A stretch of 64,000 nt of DNA from Clostridia bacterium (GCA_051866635.1 JBJDXJ010000026.1:32001-96000); one strand, 5' to 3'; positions 35,980 through 46,234 are shown, counted from the stretch's first letter. Notes: generated by a model from the sequence alone, not told the origin. Translations and numbers: made by a program.

Positions 35980-37085
35980 TATTCACCCTCCGTTATATTT
36001 TCAAACAGCTCTGCCACAAGTTTCTTTTTGTCATCGTCAAGCTCCTCTTTATTGATTGACAGGTAAAAATCACAAAATTGCTCCAACGGGCTTTTTTCAA
36101 TGGAAAAGTTTCCTTTCAGAACTTCTTGTACGCCATTTTTTTGGAATACAAGTTCCGTCATAAAGGGGTAATTATTTCTTAGCTTTCCGTATGCATCAAC
36201 TACAGTTTCGGTATTTGTTAAGGTTATACGGACAAAGTCCTTTTTGTTTTCGCTTTTTAAAATTTCCTCTATTTGTCCTTTAATATCAATGTAATCACGC
36301 ATGGGCACAAGGGGATGTTTTGTTATTTCCAAATTCCCTTTTTCTTTTAACTGCCCTATTAAAACATACTTTTTACCGCTTGCTTCACTTGCGGAATATT
36401 TTAAAGGTGTGCCCGAATAATAAATGTTATCTTTAATTTTTTGACACTTATGTAAATGCCCCAACGCCACATAGTCAAACTTTTTGTAAACAGATGCATC
36501 AACACAGTCTAATCCGCCTATGGAGATTTCTTCGCTTTCACTTCTTTCCCCACCTGTTACAAACTGGTGTGAAAGGAGGATATTGCGTTCACCTTCATCA
36601 ATATTAAGTTTTTTTATTAGTGCATCTACCCCATCGGTGTATGTTTCAATATTTTCATCTTCAAGATATGCCCGTGCATTAGACGGCTTAATAAAGGGTA
36701 AAAGATATATATTTATTTTGCCGTAAGAATCTTTGATTTCCACCTTTGAAATCTCGCCTGAAAATACAGGGGAAATATAAATATCCTGCCTTTTAAATGC
36801 CTCCTGTCCGTAAGAAAGTCTCTCAGCAGAGTCATGGTTGCCGCTTATAATAAAAACCTTTGATTTCGTTTGTGCAAGTAAATCCAAAAACTCATCAAGT
36901 AAACTTACAGCCTCGGCAGAAGGCATGGTTTTATCGTATATATCTCCTGAAATGAAAACACAGTCAGGTTTATTATCATTTATAACTTTAATAATTTCAC
37001 AAAGTATATACTTCTGGTCGTTAATAAGGCTGTACTCATTCAGCCTTTTTCCTATATGTAAATCTGACACGTGAATAAATTTCAT
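35979..37085 (-). CDS. sbcD: SbcD/Mre11 nuclease
   Basis: HVSDLHIG, GDIYD, ISGNHDS and ALGHLH motifs; start moved to MKFIH. Confidence 0.95.
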   Translation of the reverse strand: MKFIHVSDLHIGKRLNEYSLINDQKYILCEIIKVINDNKPDCVFISGDIYDKTMPSAEAVSLLDEFLDLLAQTKSKVFIISGNHDSAERLSYGQEAFKRQDIYISPVFSGEISKVEIKDSYGKINIYLLPFIKPSNARAYLEDENIETYTDGVDALIKKLNIDEGERNILLSHQFVTGGERSESEEISIGGLDCVDASVYKKFDYVALGHLHKCQKIKDNIYYSGTPLKYSASEASGKKYVLIGQLKEKGNLEITKHPLVPMRDYIDIKGQIEEILKSENKKDFVRITLTNTETVVDAYGKLRNNYPFMTELVFQKNGVQEVLKGNFSIEKSPLEQFCDFYLSINKEELDDDKKKLVAELFENITEGE

Positions 37086-37109
37086 ATTTGCACCCTCTGA
37101 ATCAATATG

Positions 37110-37341
37110 ATCGTGTCGAAATGTCGACACGCGACCTCAAAGGCGGACTACGTCGTTGGGCACTTTGAGGTCTGTATTTTTTCTAAGGAACAAAGTGGCA
37201 ATTTCTCGTGCAAGGGGTCTACGACCCCCTAAAATTACCACTTTCGGAGCCGAAAATGCGATTTCCGGCTCCTATTTTATTTGGGGAGTAAGCTCCCCAA
37301 ACCCCTTGCGACTGAATAAAAATAGGTTTATCGACAGTCTG
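37110..37341. repeat. ~230-bp multi-hairpin element (MITE-like or structured leader RNA)
   Basis: five consecutive stem-loops; ends ATCGTGTCGAAA / (rc) AGACTGTCGATA are imperfect inverted repeats. Confidence 0.55.
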
Positions 37342-37354
37342 TTAATACACTTCT

Positions 37355-37383
37355 ATTTTACACGTTTTATTGACGCCCGTCAA
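37355..37383 (-). promoter_or_regulatory. sigma-A promoter of sbcDC
   Basis: TTGACG-N17-TAAAAT on the minus strand. Confidence 0.6.
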
Positions 37384-37384
37384 C

Positions 37385-37566
37385 ATAAAAGAAGAGACTG
37401 TAAAAAAGTCTCTAATAAATAATTTAAGACCATTTGGGACAGTCCCCCTTATGGCAAATTGGGAGACAATTTGCCAAAGAAACCTTGCGAGGTTTTGTTG
37501 GGACAGTCCCGAAATGGTCTTTCTGTTATCTCAGTGCTGACTTTTTTACAGCCCATTTTCTTTTAT
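37385..37566. mobile_element. palindromic MITE/REP-like element, copy 1
   Basis: IRs CTGTAAAAAAGTC / GACTTTTTTACAG; nested palindromes; near-identical copy at ~47988-48170. Confidence 0.75.
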
Positions 37567-39221
37567 TTAAACTTATTAAAACTTACTGTAACACTTGTTC
37601 CTACGCCTTCTGTGCTTTCAAGGCTGATTTGTGCATTGTGATATAGTGCAGCGTGCTTTACAATGGCAAGCCCTAAACCCGTTCCGCCAAGTTGTTTAGA
37701 GTGACTTTTGTCAACTCGGTAAAATCTTTCAAACACTCTGTTTTGCTCGTTTTTAGGTATTCCTATACCTGTATCACGAACAGTTAAATTGACTTTTTCT
37801 TCGGTGGTATTCACAATCACATCCACAATGCCATTTTCCTTGTTATACTTTATGGCGTTGTCACAAAGGTTATAAACAATTTCGTCAATGATTTTCCTTA
37901 CACCCGATACATATGCACTGTCGCCTATAACATTAATCTTTACAGACTGCTTTTTTGCAACACTCTCAAGCCTTTTGACGACTTCTTTTGAAACTTCAAA
38001 AATATCAATCTTTTCATCGGTAAATTGCACTGCGTTTTCGTCAAGCTCTGATATTTTTATAATATCACTTACAAGGTTTATAAGCCTTTGGGCTTCATCA
38101 TAAATTGATGAAGAAAAATCAACTACTGTTTCACAGGGTGTGTTGCCCGTTTTCATTATTTCCGCAAAGCCTGAAATAGACGTAAGGGGTGTTTTTAATT
38201 CATGGGAAATATTTGATGTAAATTCCCGTCGTAACTGTTCACGCTTTACACTTTCCGTAACATCAAGAATTACAATAACGGCACCTATAATTCTTTCATC
38301 CTCATAAACAGGGTTAGCTATAAGATTGTATGTAGAGTCTTCATGGGCAATACTGTTTTCTGCACGGTTTCCATTGAGTGCCTTTTCCACAGCCTCCCTA
38401 AAGCCTTTTGTACGGTTAAAAGCAAGGACACTTTCAATCTGTGTGTTGTCAATTTCCAAAAGCCGAATAGCCGCTTGATTGTAAAAAATCACATTATACT
38501 GTGTATCAATGACAATTAATCCTTCGCTCATATTCTCGGTTATAAGCTTAAATTCCTCCTGCCTTTTATTGGCATCTTTTATTTGCTTATCTATGGTTTT
38601 CTTCTGTGCGGAAAGCTTATGTAATATGGGTGTTAATTCCTCATAAGTTTCGTTACTTGAGGGGTTTTCCAAATCAAGTTCATTAAGAGGCTTAATAATA
38701 ACTTTTGATACACGCTGTGAAAATATTGCAGATATAACAATTGCCAAAGCTACGATAAATAGAAAAGGTTGCAGAAGACCTAAAAGTATAACCACAACAG
38801 AGCTTTGTGTTGTGGAAACACGCAAAATGTTTCCGTTTTCCATTTTTACGGCATAATAGAGTGTTTTACGCATTAGTGTGTCAGAATAACGGTAACTTGT
38901 ACCGCTTCCCGTTTGTAAAGCTTCTTTGATTTCCTTACGGTCACTATGGTTGTCAAGGGTACTTTCGTCAGCAAGGTTATCAGATAAAACAACACCGTCA
39001 GGGGAAACAACTGTTATTCTTTTATCGTCATTTTTATAGCTTTCAATGTATGATATTCCCTCTTTTTCCAGTGCGTGGGAAATATACCCGGCTTCGCTTT
39101 CAAGCTCTTTGAAAATCTGTGTTTCAAAATGCTCGTAAAGGACGCCCACCACAAGGGTAAAGCTTATCAGTAAAACCATAAGGGAGGCAAGAAAGCTTGA
39201 AAAAAATATCTTTTTATTCAT
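37563..39221 (-). CDS. phoR: phosphate regulon sensor histidine kinase
   Basis: 2 TM helices, PAS, SHELKTPL, NLCDNAIKY and GGTGLGLAIVKH; in the pst operon. Confidence 0.88.
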   Translation of the reverse strand: MNKKIFFSSFLASLMVLLISFTLVVGVLYEHFETQIFKELESEAGYISHALEKEGISYIESYKNDDKRITVVSPDGVVLSDNLADESTLDNHSDRKEIKEALQTGSGTSYRYSDTLMRKTLYYAVKMENGNILRVSTTQSSVVVILLGLLQPFLFIVALAIVISAIFSQRVSKVIIKPLNELDLENPSSNETYEELTPILHKLSAQKKTIDKQIKDANKRQEEFKLITENMSEGLIVIDTQYNVIFYNQAAIRLLEIDNTQIESVLAFNRTKGFREAVEKALNGNRAENSIAHEDSTYNLIANPVYEDERIIGAVIVILDVTESVKREQLRREFTSNISHELKTPLTSISGFAEIMKTGNTPCETVVDFSSSIYDEAQRLINLVSDIIKISELDENAVQFTDEKIDIFEVSKEVVKRLESVAKKQSVKINVIGDSAYVSGVRKIIDEIVYNLCDNAIKYNKENGIVDVIVNTTEEKVNLTVRDTGIGIPKNEQNRVFERFYRVDKSHSKQLGGTGLGLAIVKHAALYHNAQISLESTEGVGTSVTVSFNKFK

Positions 39222-39901
39222 TAAATCTGTCCCCCTATCTTGTAGCCTACATTTTTAACAGTCTGTATAAGCTCCCCTGCACTCTCCAGCTTTACACGGA
39301 GCTTTCGCACATGCACATCAAGGGTTCTTGATTCACCGTAAAATTCACCCCACACACGTGAAAGAAGGGTTTCACGGCTTACAACATTACCCCCTGATTC
39401 CAAAAGCACCACAAGAAGGGAATATTCCTTAAAGGACAGGTTAATCTCCTTATCGTTAACCTTTACTATATGCTTATTGGGATTTACATATAAATCACCT
39501 ATTCTGTATTCCTTCATCTCGTGTGTCTTTTCGTAGCGTCTTAACACTGCACGGACTCTTGATGCAAGCTCTGTCATTCCGAAAGGCTTTGATATATAAT
39601 CATCTGCCCCCATGTCAAGCCCTGTTACCTTGTCGTATTCACTGTCCTTTGCTGTGATAATAATAACAGGAATATCACTATAATATGGATCCTCACGAAG
39701 CTTTGTCAAAATTGAAAGACCGTCCTCCTCAGGAAGCATCAAATCAAGCATTATAAGAGCAGGAACTGTAGTTTTAATGGCATCCCAAAACTCGCAAGGT
39801 GTGGAAAAGCCTTTAATTTCATAGCCTTCCTTACCTAAAGCGTAGCACACCAGTTTCTGAATATTGGCATCATCTTCAACAAAATAAATCACGTCTTTCA
39901 C
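39221..39901 (-). CDS. phoB: PhoB/PhoP family response regulator
   Basis: REC domain (LDLMLP, GADDYISKPF) plus OmpR wHTH; follows phoU. Confidence 0.85.
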   Translation of the reverse strand: MKDVIYFVEDDANIQKLVCYALGKEGYEIKGFSTPCEFWDAIKTTVPALIMLDLMLPEEDGLSILTKLREDPYYSDIPVIIITAKDSEYDKVTGLDMGADDYISKPFGMTELASRVRAVLRRYEKTHEMKEYRIGDLYVNPNKHIVKVNDKEINLSFKEYSLLVVLLESGGNVVSRETLLSRVWGEFYGESRTLDVHVRKLRVKLESAGELIQTVKNVGYKIGGQI

Positions 39902-39940
39902 CTCCGGATAATGTTATTATACACGCATTTTTATAAAATT

Positions 39941-40588
39941 TCAATCTTCCCAAACATGTTTTCCTGTAATTGAATAAATTACCCATTCGGCAATATTTTC
40001 AGCATGGTCGCCTATACGTTCAAAATACTTTGCTATCATAACATAATCAACTAAAGCTTCGGGATTTTTGTCACCAACATTGACGGCACTTATAAGTTCC
40101 CCTTTGACTTTGTCAAACAGCATATCAACCGTGTCGTCCTGACGGATAACGCTTCTTGCAATTTCAATATCCTTTTTCACAAAAGAATCTATACTGTCTG
40201 AAACCATTTTAGTCGTAGCCTGTGCCATATCGAGAATATGCAATTTACTTTGCACCCCGCTTTTTTGTGTATATTCCGCGATCTCGGAAATATCCGTTGC
40301 CTGGTCACCTATACGCTCCATATCCGAAATCATTTTAAGTGCGGAGGATATTACCCTTAAGTCACTTGCAACAGGCTGTTGTTGCAGTAAAAGTTTCATA
40401 CAAAGGCTTTCAATGTCACCTTCAATCTGGTTTATCTGCTTTTCTGTTTCCCATACGGTCTCTTTAACCATTTTGTCGTTCTCAACAAGAAGCCTTACAG
40501 CTCCGTTAATAGCTTCTTCGCATAATGCACCCATTGTAATAAGTTCATTATTCAATTGTTTAAGCTGTTCTTCGAACCTGTTCCTCAT
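39941..40588 (-). CDS. phoU: phosphate signalling protein PhoU
   Basis: QQPVASDLR; two ERIGD repeats. Confidence 0.95.
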   Translation of the reverse strand: MRNRFEEQLKQLNNELITMGALCEEAINGAVRLLVENDKMVKETVWETEKQINQIEGDIESLCMKLLLQQQPVASDLRVISSALKMISDMERIGDQATDISEIAEYTQKSGVQSKLHILDMAQATTKMVSDSIDSFVKKDIEIARSVIRQDDTVDMLFDKVKGELISAVNVGDKNPEALVDYVMIAKYFERIGDHAENIAEWVIYSITGKHVWED

Positions 40589-41337
40589 TAACCGAACCTC
40601 CCTGTAATATAGTCTTCTGTTCTTTTATCTTTTGGCATAGAGAACATTTTGTCGGTATTATCAAATTCCACCACTTCTCCAAGAAGGAAAAACGCTGTTT
40701 TATCTGCTATACGAACTGCCTGTTGCATGTTATGTGTTACAATAACTATGGTATATTTTTCTTTAAGCTCCATTGCCAAATCTTCAATTTTTGACGTGGA
40801 TATGGGGTCTAACGCACTGGTGGGTTCATCCATAAGAAGTATTTCGGGGGAAACTGCCAATGCTCTTGCTATGCAAAGCCTCTGTTGCTGACCTCCGCTC
40901 ATACCGAGGGCACTTTTCTTAAGTCTGTCCTTACACTCATCCCATATTGCCGCCTGTTTTAAAGAAACCTCTACAATTTCATCAAGTTTAACTTTAGATT
41001 TTACGCCGTGTATTCTCGGTCCGTAGGCAATATTGTCATAAATACTCATTGGAAAAGGGTTGGGCTTTTGGAAAACCATACCTACTTTTTTTCGTAAAAT
41101 ATTTACGTCCATATCCTTATAAATATCCACACCTTGAAATTTTACTTCTCCCTCAATCCTACAACCTTCAACTAAGTCATTCATTCGGTTCAGTGTTTTT
41201 AAAAAGGTTGATTTACCGCATCCCGAGGGACCTATAAGAGCTGTTATTTCCTTTTCGGGAAGCTCCATATTAATGTTTTTTAAAGCCTTGTTGGTATTGT
41301 ACCATAAATTTAAATTTTTAGCTGATATTATACTCAT
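40588..41337 (-). CDS. pstB: phosphate ABC transporter ATPase
   Basis: [24 protein letters not shown] and [10 protein letters not shown]. Confidence 0.97.
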   Translation of the reverse strand: MSIISAKNLNLWYNTNKALKNINMELPEKEITALIGPSGCGKSTFLKTLNRMNDLVEGCRIEGEVKFQGVDIYKDMDVNILRKKVGMVFQKPNPFPMSIYDNIAYGPRIHGVKSKVKLDEIVEVSLKQAAIWDECKDRLKKSALGMSGGQQQRLCIARALAVSPEILLMDEPTSALDPISTSKIEDLAMELKEKYTIVIVTHNMQQAVRIADKTAFFLLGEVVEFDNTDKMFSMPKDKRTEDYITGRFG

Positions 41338-42203
41338 TATTTTGTACCTCTCTTCTTAAGTGCTGTTGCGGCAAATTTGGCTGAAAGGTTTATAACAAAG
41401 GTTAAGATAACAAGTATTGCCGCTATTGCAAAAGCAACTTCAAATTCGCCTCGTTCTTTGGCGTACATATAAAGTGCAACCGTAAGTGTTGAACCTGCAC
41501 TGCCTATCTTTACAGCCTCAACGATATTAAGTAATTCGTTTGCCATTCCCGCTGTAAAAAGCAGTGCTCCGCTTTCACCTACAATACGCCCTACTGATAA
41601 TATACATCCTGTCACAATGCCGTCAACAGCACTGGGCAATACAACTGTTCGTATCATATACCATTTACCTGCTCCCAATGCAAGAGAACCTTCTCTGTAG
41701 CCGTCAGGCACGGTTTTTAAACTTTCCTGACTTGTACGTATAATAGTTGGCAATGTCATTATAACAAGGGTAAAAGCCCCTGCAAGAAGACTTGTTTCCA
41801 AGGATAGAAACTGCACAAAGATAAGCATACCTACCAATCCGTAAATAATAGACGGTATACCCGACAGTGTTTCGGTTGCTATTTCAATTATGCGTACAAC
41901 CTTTTTGTTTTCCGCATATTCGTTCAGATAAACAGCCGCACCAACACCAAGGGGCAATACAACAATAAGGGTTATAAAAATAATGTACACCGTGTTTAAA
42001 ATGTTTGGAAGTATACCAACCCTTTCATGTATCAGACTGGGCTTTGTTGTAAGAAACGAAAGAGATATATTTGGAAGACCCCTGTACATTATGTACCCGA
42101 TAAGAGCTAAAAGGAGAAAACATATTATAAGCCCTGACAGCCACATTAAGACATTTAAAACTGCACACTTAAATTTCCGCTTGTTTGATATTTTATCGTT
42201 CAT
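41337..42203 (-). CDS. pstA: phosphate ABC transporter permease
   Basis: [20 protein letters not shown] and GRIVGESG. Confidence 0.93.
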   Translation of the reverse strand: MNDKISNKRKFKCAVLNVLMWLSGLIICFLLLALIGYIMYRGLPNISLSFLTTKPSLIHERVGILPNILNTVYIIFITLIVVLPLGVGAAVYLNEYAENKKVVRIIEIATETLSGIPSIIYGLVGMLIFVQFLSLETSLLAGAFTLVIMTLPTIIRTSQESLKTVPDGYREGSLALGAGKWYMIRTVVLPSAVDGIVTGCILSVGRIVGESGALLFTAGMANELLNIVEAVKIGSAGSTLTVALYMYAKERGEFEVAFAIAAILVILTFVINLSAKFAATALKKRGTK

Positions 42204-42206
42204 AGC

Positions 42207-43082
42207 CTACTCCTTTTTATTTTTAACCACAAGATTTAATACAAGGTTAATTATTAGTATAAATACAAACAATACTAATGCGATAGAAAAAAGTGCCTGT
42301 CTTTGAAGTCCCGATGAATAGGACATTTCGCTTGCCACCGCTGTTGTAAGAAAGCGTACACTTTTGAAAAGTCCCGGCATATTGGCAACATTACCCGATA
42401 CCATCATAACAGCCATGGCTTCCCCTATACTTCTGCCTATTCCAAGCACGACAGCTGTTAATATACCGCTTTTTGCCGCAGGCAGAGTAACCTTGAATAC
42501 AGTTTCTGTTTTTGTTGCACCAAGTGCCAGCGATGCTTCCTCATACTCTTTAGGTACCGCACGTATTGCAGTTTCAGATACACTTATTACAGATGGCAAT
42601 ATCATCACCGCCAACACAATAATTGCCGAAAAGAGGGTTGCACCATCAGGAATATTAAAGGCTTCACGGACTAAGGGTACAATTATTATCATGCCTACCA
42701 ATCCATAAACAACGGAAGGTATACCTGAAAGTAAATCAACGGCACAGCTGATAACCTTTGCCAATCTTTCATCAGCCATTTTTGCAATAAAAACAGCACA
42801 CATAATTCCCAGCGGCACACCGATTATAATTGCACCAAAAGTACCGTACACTGAAGTAAGTATAAAAGGCAGAATTCCGTAAGACGGACTTGAGGCCGTG
42901 GATGCCCACGACCTTCCCAACAGAAATTCTTTTATGCCTATTTCCCCTATGGCAGGAGAGCCGCTTACCACTAAAAAACCTGTGATAACAATTACAAAGG
43001 CAACAGCTAAAAATCCGCAAAAGGTGAATATTAAGTTCATTATTTTCTCAAAAATATTCCCTGCTTTTCCATTTCTGTTCAT
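42207..43082 (-). CDS. pstC: phosphate ABC transporter permease
   Basis: LLSGIPSVVYGL and GRSIGEAMAV. Confidence 0.94.
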   Translation of the reverse strand: MNRNGKAGNIFEKIMNLIFTFCGFLAVAFVIVITGFLVVSGSPAIGEIGIKEFLLGRSWASTASSPSYGILPFILTSVYGTFGAIIIGVPLGIMCAVFIAKMADERLAKVISCAVDLLSGIPSVVYGLVGMIIIVPLVREAFNIPDGATLFSAIIVLAVMILPSVISVSETAIRAVPKEYEEASLALGATKTETVFKVTLPAAKSGILTAVVLGIGRSIGEAMAVMMVSGNVANMPGLFKSVRFLTTAVASEMSYSSGLQRQALFSIALVLFVFILIINLVLNLVVKNKKE

Positions 43083-43094
43083 GTCCTTGCTCCT

Positions 43095-43952
43095 TTATCT
43101 TGAAACAGGTACTGCCCCTGCCTTTACGATAAGTTCATCAGCCTGACTGCTTGTTGCAAATTCAAAGAATGATTTTACAGCCCCTGTAAGCTCTGTCCCC
43201 TTCTTTGTTACGAATACGAAATTTCTTTGAATTTTGTATTCACCGGACTGGATTGTTTTAGTTGTGGGGACAACACCTTCAACACTAACTAACTTAACTG
43301 TGTCCTTTACGGAAGCTAAGGACGCATATCCGATTGCGTTGGGGTTACTTGCCACAGTCTGTACAACATCGCCTGTACTTGTAAGCTCTTGAGAATATAC
43401 ACATGCATCTTGTGTACCTGTAATTGATTCAAAACCGTCACGTGTACCACTTGCCGCTTCTCTGCCTATAAGAACTACAGGTGCATCGTTTCCGCCTACT
43501 TCTTTCCATGAAGTAATTTTGCCCATGTACAAATCGGCAATCTGTTCAACTGTAAGGTCTGATACAGTGTTTTCGGGGTTAACAATAATTGCTATACCGT
43601 CAATTGCCACTACTGTCTGTATAAGGTTTTCCTTTTCCGAATCCTTCAGATTGCGGCTTGACAAACCGATGTCACATCTGCCTTCTTCTACTGCCTGTAT
43701 GCCTGCACCCGAACCTGTTGGGTTATATGTAACCTTAACTTCGCTGTTTTCTTCCATGTAGTATTCGCTTAAGTAACCGATAACCTTTTCCATTGATGTG
43801 GAACCGTCCGTTGATACTGTTCCGCTGACTACCTCCGGAGTATTCACATTTTCGTTTTCGACTTTTTCATCTTCGTTTTTTGTGCCACCGCACCCATTAA
43901 GTGCAAACACCAACAAACAAACTGCTCCTAAAACACATATGATTTTTTTCAT
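43095..43952 (-). CDS. pstS: phosphate-binding lipoprotein
   Basis: lipobox LNGC; DGSTSM, GSGAG and REAASGTR. Confidence 0.94.
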   Translation of the reverse strand: MKKIICVLGAVCLLVFALNGCGGTKNEDEKVENENVNTPEVVSGTVSTDGSTSMEKVIGYLSEYYMEENSEVKVTYNPTGSGAGIQAVEEGRCDIGLSSRNLKDSEKENLIQTVVAIDGIAIIVNPENTVSDLTVEQIADLYMGKITSWKEVGGNDAPVVLIGREAASGTRDGFESITGTQDACVYSQELTSTGDVVQTVASNPNAIGYASLASVKDTVKLVSVEGVVPTTKTIQSGEYKIQRNFVFVTKKGTELTGAVKSFFEFATSSQADELIVKAGAVPVSR

Positions 43953-44009
43953 AAAAACCACACTCCTTAATTTTTTTATTTTTCCTGAGCACAGTTTGAG
44001 TTTAACATT

Positions 44010-44056
44010 AGGTATGTTAACACCGAAACCAAATGTATGTTAAGTGTAGGTTAACA
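44010..44056 (-). promoter_or_regulatory. Pho-box-like direct repeats upstream of pstS
   Basis: minus strand TTAACC-N5-TTAACA (11-bp period) plus a third TTAACATAC 23 bp further on; fits Gram-positive TT(A/T/C)ACA-N5 boxes. Confidence 0.7.
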
Positions 44057-44078
44057 CACAAAAAATGGCTGTAAAACG

Positions 44079-44127
44079 AACAGACCTCCAACAGTTAGAT
44101 TTTTGTCTAACTATTGAGAGGTCTGTT
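44079..44127. repeat. long inverted repeat resembling fused IS3/IS150 ends; probable terminator of the CotH gene
   Basis: AACAGACCTCCAACAGTTAGA-N6-TCTAACTATTGAGAGGTCTGTT. Confidence 0.55.
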
Positions 44128-44149
44128 TAAATAGATTTAAGGGGTGTTT

Positions 44150-46234
44150 TTATTCATGTGTCATTTCAGGAATAACCGTATAACTGTTACATAAAGGTCT
44201 TGTTCCGTCCCATAAAAATAACTTGTATTCTTTTGCATCCTTCACTATCAACGTGGGGTTGTCAAGACTTAATTCTTCTGCAAAGAGTACCTCACCGCTT
44301 TCACTGTAGCCTGCTACATACAGCTTTGCAGTTTCTTTAAGAGAGTCTTCAATCGCTACGTGTGCAGTAAGCTCACTTCTTTTTACTTCTGCCTTTACAA
44401 TGGCGGCACTAACTCTTTTAATATTTATTGTATAGTCACTATTAGGAGTAAAAGTTACTTCACCGAAATTGACAATTGCTTTATTATCGCCAATTGCAAC
44501 AATATATGAATTTTTCGCCTTGATTGTAACGGGAATACCGCTAAACATTTTAAGCTCGCTGCCATCATTTACCTTGCCGCCTGCTATATAACATTCATCG
44601 CCCGAAACATTAAAAAGTACCGTGCCTGTTATGCCTGCGTCATAGTAGGTGTTAAAAACATTCATATACTGATTTCTGAAAGGTGTCGGTCTGTCTAATG
44701 CAAAAGTTTTAAGATAATTAACATTGTTTTTCCAGTCTTGTAAACTGCCAATATTCCAGCGTGCAATATCCGCCGCCTTTCCTGCTTCACGCTCCTTTGC
44801 AAGCTCCTCCACAACTTTAGAGATACTTTTTCCGCTCATAATAGTTCTGAGATAAACCATGCTTCGCTGTGCAAATTCGTTTCTGAAATCTTCATTTTTG
44901 AAAAGACCTTCAAACAAATCTGTTGCGAATTTAGGGTGTCTGGCAAGTGAGTTATCGTCCTTCTGCATTGTGGAAAGATAAAGTGTTTCATGACTTGAGT
45001 TTTCGTAAGAAATATCAAAATCATGCACCATAAAACGCCACTTACCGTCCATGCCGTAAACATTCGGGTCTATGCTTTCTTCTGTCACTCGCCAGAATTT
45101 CATGTTGTTACCGGGCCAGTCATCATTGCCTGCATGTATATAAACAATCATATAGTCAATAAGGTTGTCAACATCTACTACCGAGCAGAATTCTTCATAA
45201 ACTTCATCACTGGTAAAATCGTTGTCCAAAACGAGACTCTTCACATATGCCCATTGAGTGCGATAATATGTTTCGCCTAAAATTCCGTCCTTATTATCAT
45301 CCTCAGGTCCCTCGGAGTATTCCAACCTATCAATATAGGTTAGACCGTTGTATTCGGTATAATCAAGAGGTAACGTCCAGTCACGGTCTAAAAACACAAT
45401 GTTATCCCCGTCAATACCATAGTGTTCTTCAAGATAGTCCTTATCATACTGCTCTCGACATTCATAAAGACCCCAGTATTCGCCGTTTAAAAATAGTACC
45501 ATAGGAGTGCTCCATGCTGTATCAACTCTTGTATTGGCGGCAACACGTTGTGCTAGCGGGTCACGAAGATTTGTATTTCGCCAGTCAGATATACGGAACG
45601 TCACCTTTGAATAAACTTCAACGCCATCACCGGGGATAAGGTCATATTCAAGTAGCTTACTTTGCGTTGGGTCAGTCTTTTTAAAATATACCCTAAGTGA
45701 CTTTTTTGGTTCAGAACGAGAACCGTTTCCTGAAACTTTCATTTCTATTGTACGGTTAACCTCACTTTGTCCGTCCTTTGTTATGTAATGAAACACACCG
45801 GGAACTTTATGCTCATAATTGTAATTTGTATAAATGCCGTTTGCACTGTCCCACAAATCATACTGTGTTGCAATAAGATTAACAAAGGGGTAGTTACCAA
45901 CATAGTCCCACATTCCTTTGCCTACAAAATAAGTATTTGAAGAAACATAGCTTGTTTCTCCGTCTTTTATTACAGCCGCACGGATAACAGTGCCTTTAGG
46001 TGGCGTTGTTGTACTTGGCTCAATAACAAAAGGCTTTGTATATTTTTCAGATGCCGTTGTGGGCACATCGCCGTTTAATGTATAGTAAATATCCCCCTCA
46101 CCTGATAGCGAAACCTCAATAGTGCTTTCATAAACACCGCCGTTCAGACTAAATACGGGTGCCTCAGGAGCGGCACTGACATTTATCCCCCAAAAAAGCA
46201 GAATAAATATTGTAATTATAATAGTTCTTTTCAT
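44150..46234 (-). CDS. secreted CotH kinase family protein with N-terminal Fn3-like (CHB_HEX_C) domain
   Basis: signal peptide; IYYTLNGDVPT; GNGSR..PKKS, LNGEYWGLY, DWPGNN and KWRFMVHDFD motifs. Confidence 0.88.
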   Translation of the reverse strand: MKRTIIITIFILLFWGINVSAAPEAPVFSLNGGVYESTIEVSLSGEGDIYYTLNGDVPTTASEKYTKPFVIEPSTTTPPKGTVIRAAVIKDGETSYVSSNTYFVGKGMWDYVGNYPFVNLIATQYDLWDSANGIYTNYNYEHKVPGVFHYITKDGQSEVNRTIEMKVSGNGSRSEPKKSLRVYFKKTDPTQSKLLEYDLIPGDGVEVYSKVTFRISDWRNTNLRDPLAQRVAANTRVDTAWSTPMVLFLNGEYWGLYECREQYDKDYLEEHYGIDGDNIVFLDRDWTLPLDYTEYNGLTYIDRLEYSEGPEDDNKDGILGETYYRTQWAYVKSLVLDNDFTSDEVYEEFCSVVDVDNLIDYMIVYIHAGNDDWPGNNMKFWRVTEESIDPNVYGMDGKWRFMVHDFDISYENSSHETLYLSTMQKDDNSLARHPKFATDLFEGLFKNEDFRNEFAQRSMVYLRTIMSGKSISKVVEELAKEREAGKAADIARWNIGSLQDWKNNVNYLKTFALDRPTPFRNQYMNVFNTYYDAGITGTVLFNVSGDECYIAGGKVNDGSELKMFSGIPVTIKAKNSYIVAIGDNKAIVNFGEVTFTPNSDYTINIKRVSAAIVKAEVKRSELTAHVAIEDSLKETAKLYVAGYSESGEVLFAEELSLDNPTLIVKDAKEYKLFLWDGTRPLCNSYTVIPEMTHE

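Noticed and set aside
33382-37085. SbcCD as an SMC-based defence system (Wadjet/Lamassu-like)
   Set aside because: The canonical sbcD-sbcC pair with zinc hook and no effector or jet genes indicates housekeeping repair.
37156-37422. 88-aa ORF across the hairpin element (also 37434-37646 and 37459-37641)
   Set aside because: These run through palindromic non-coding repeats from TTG starts and show no protein-like features.
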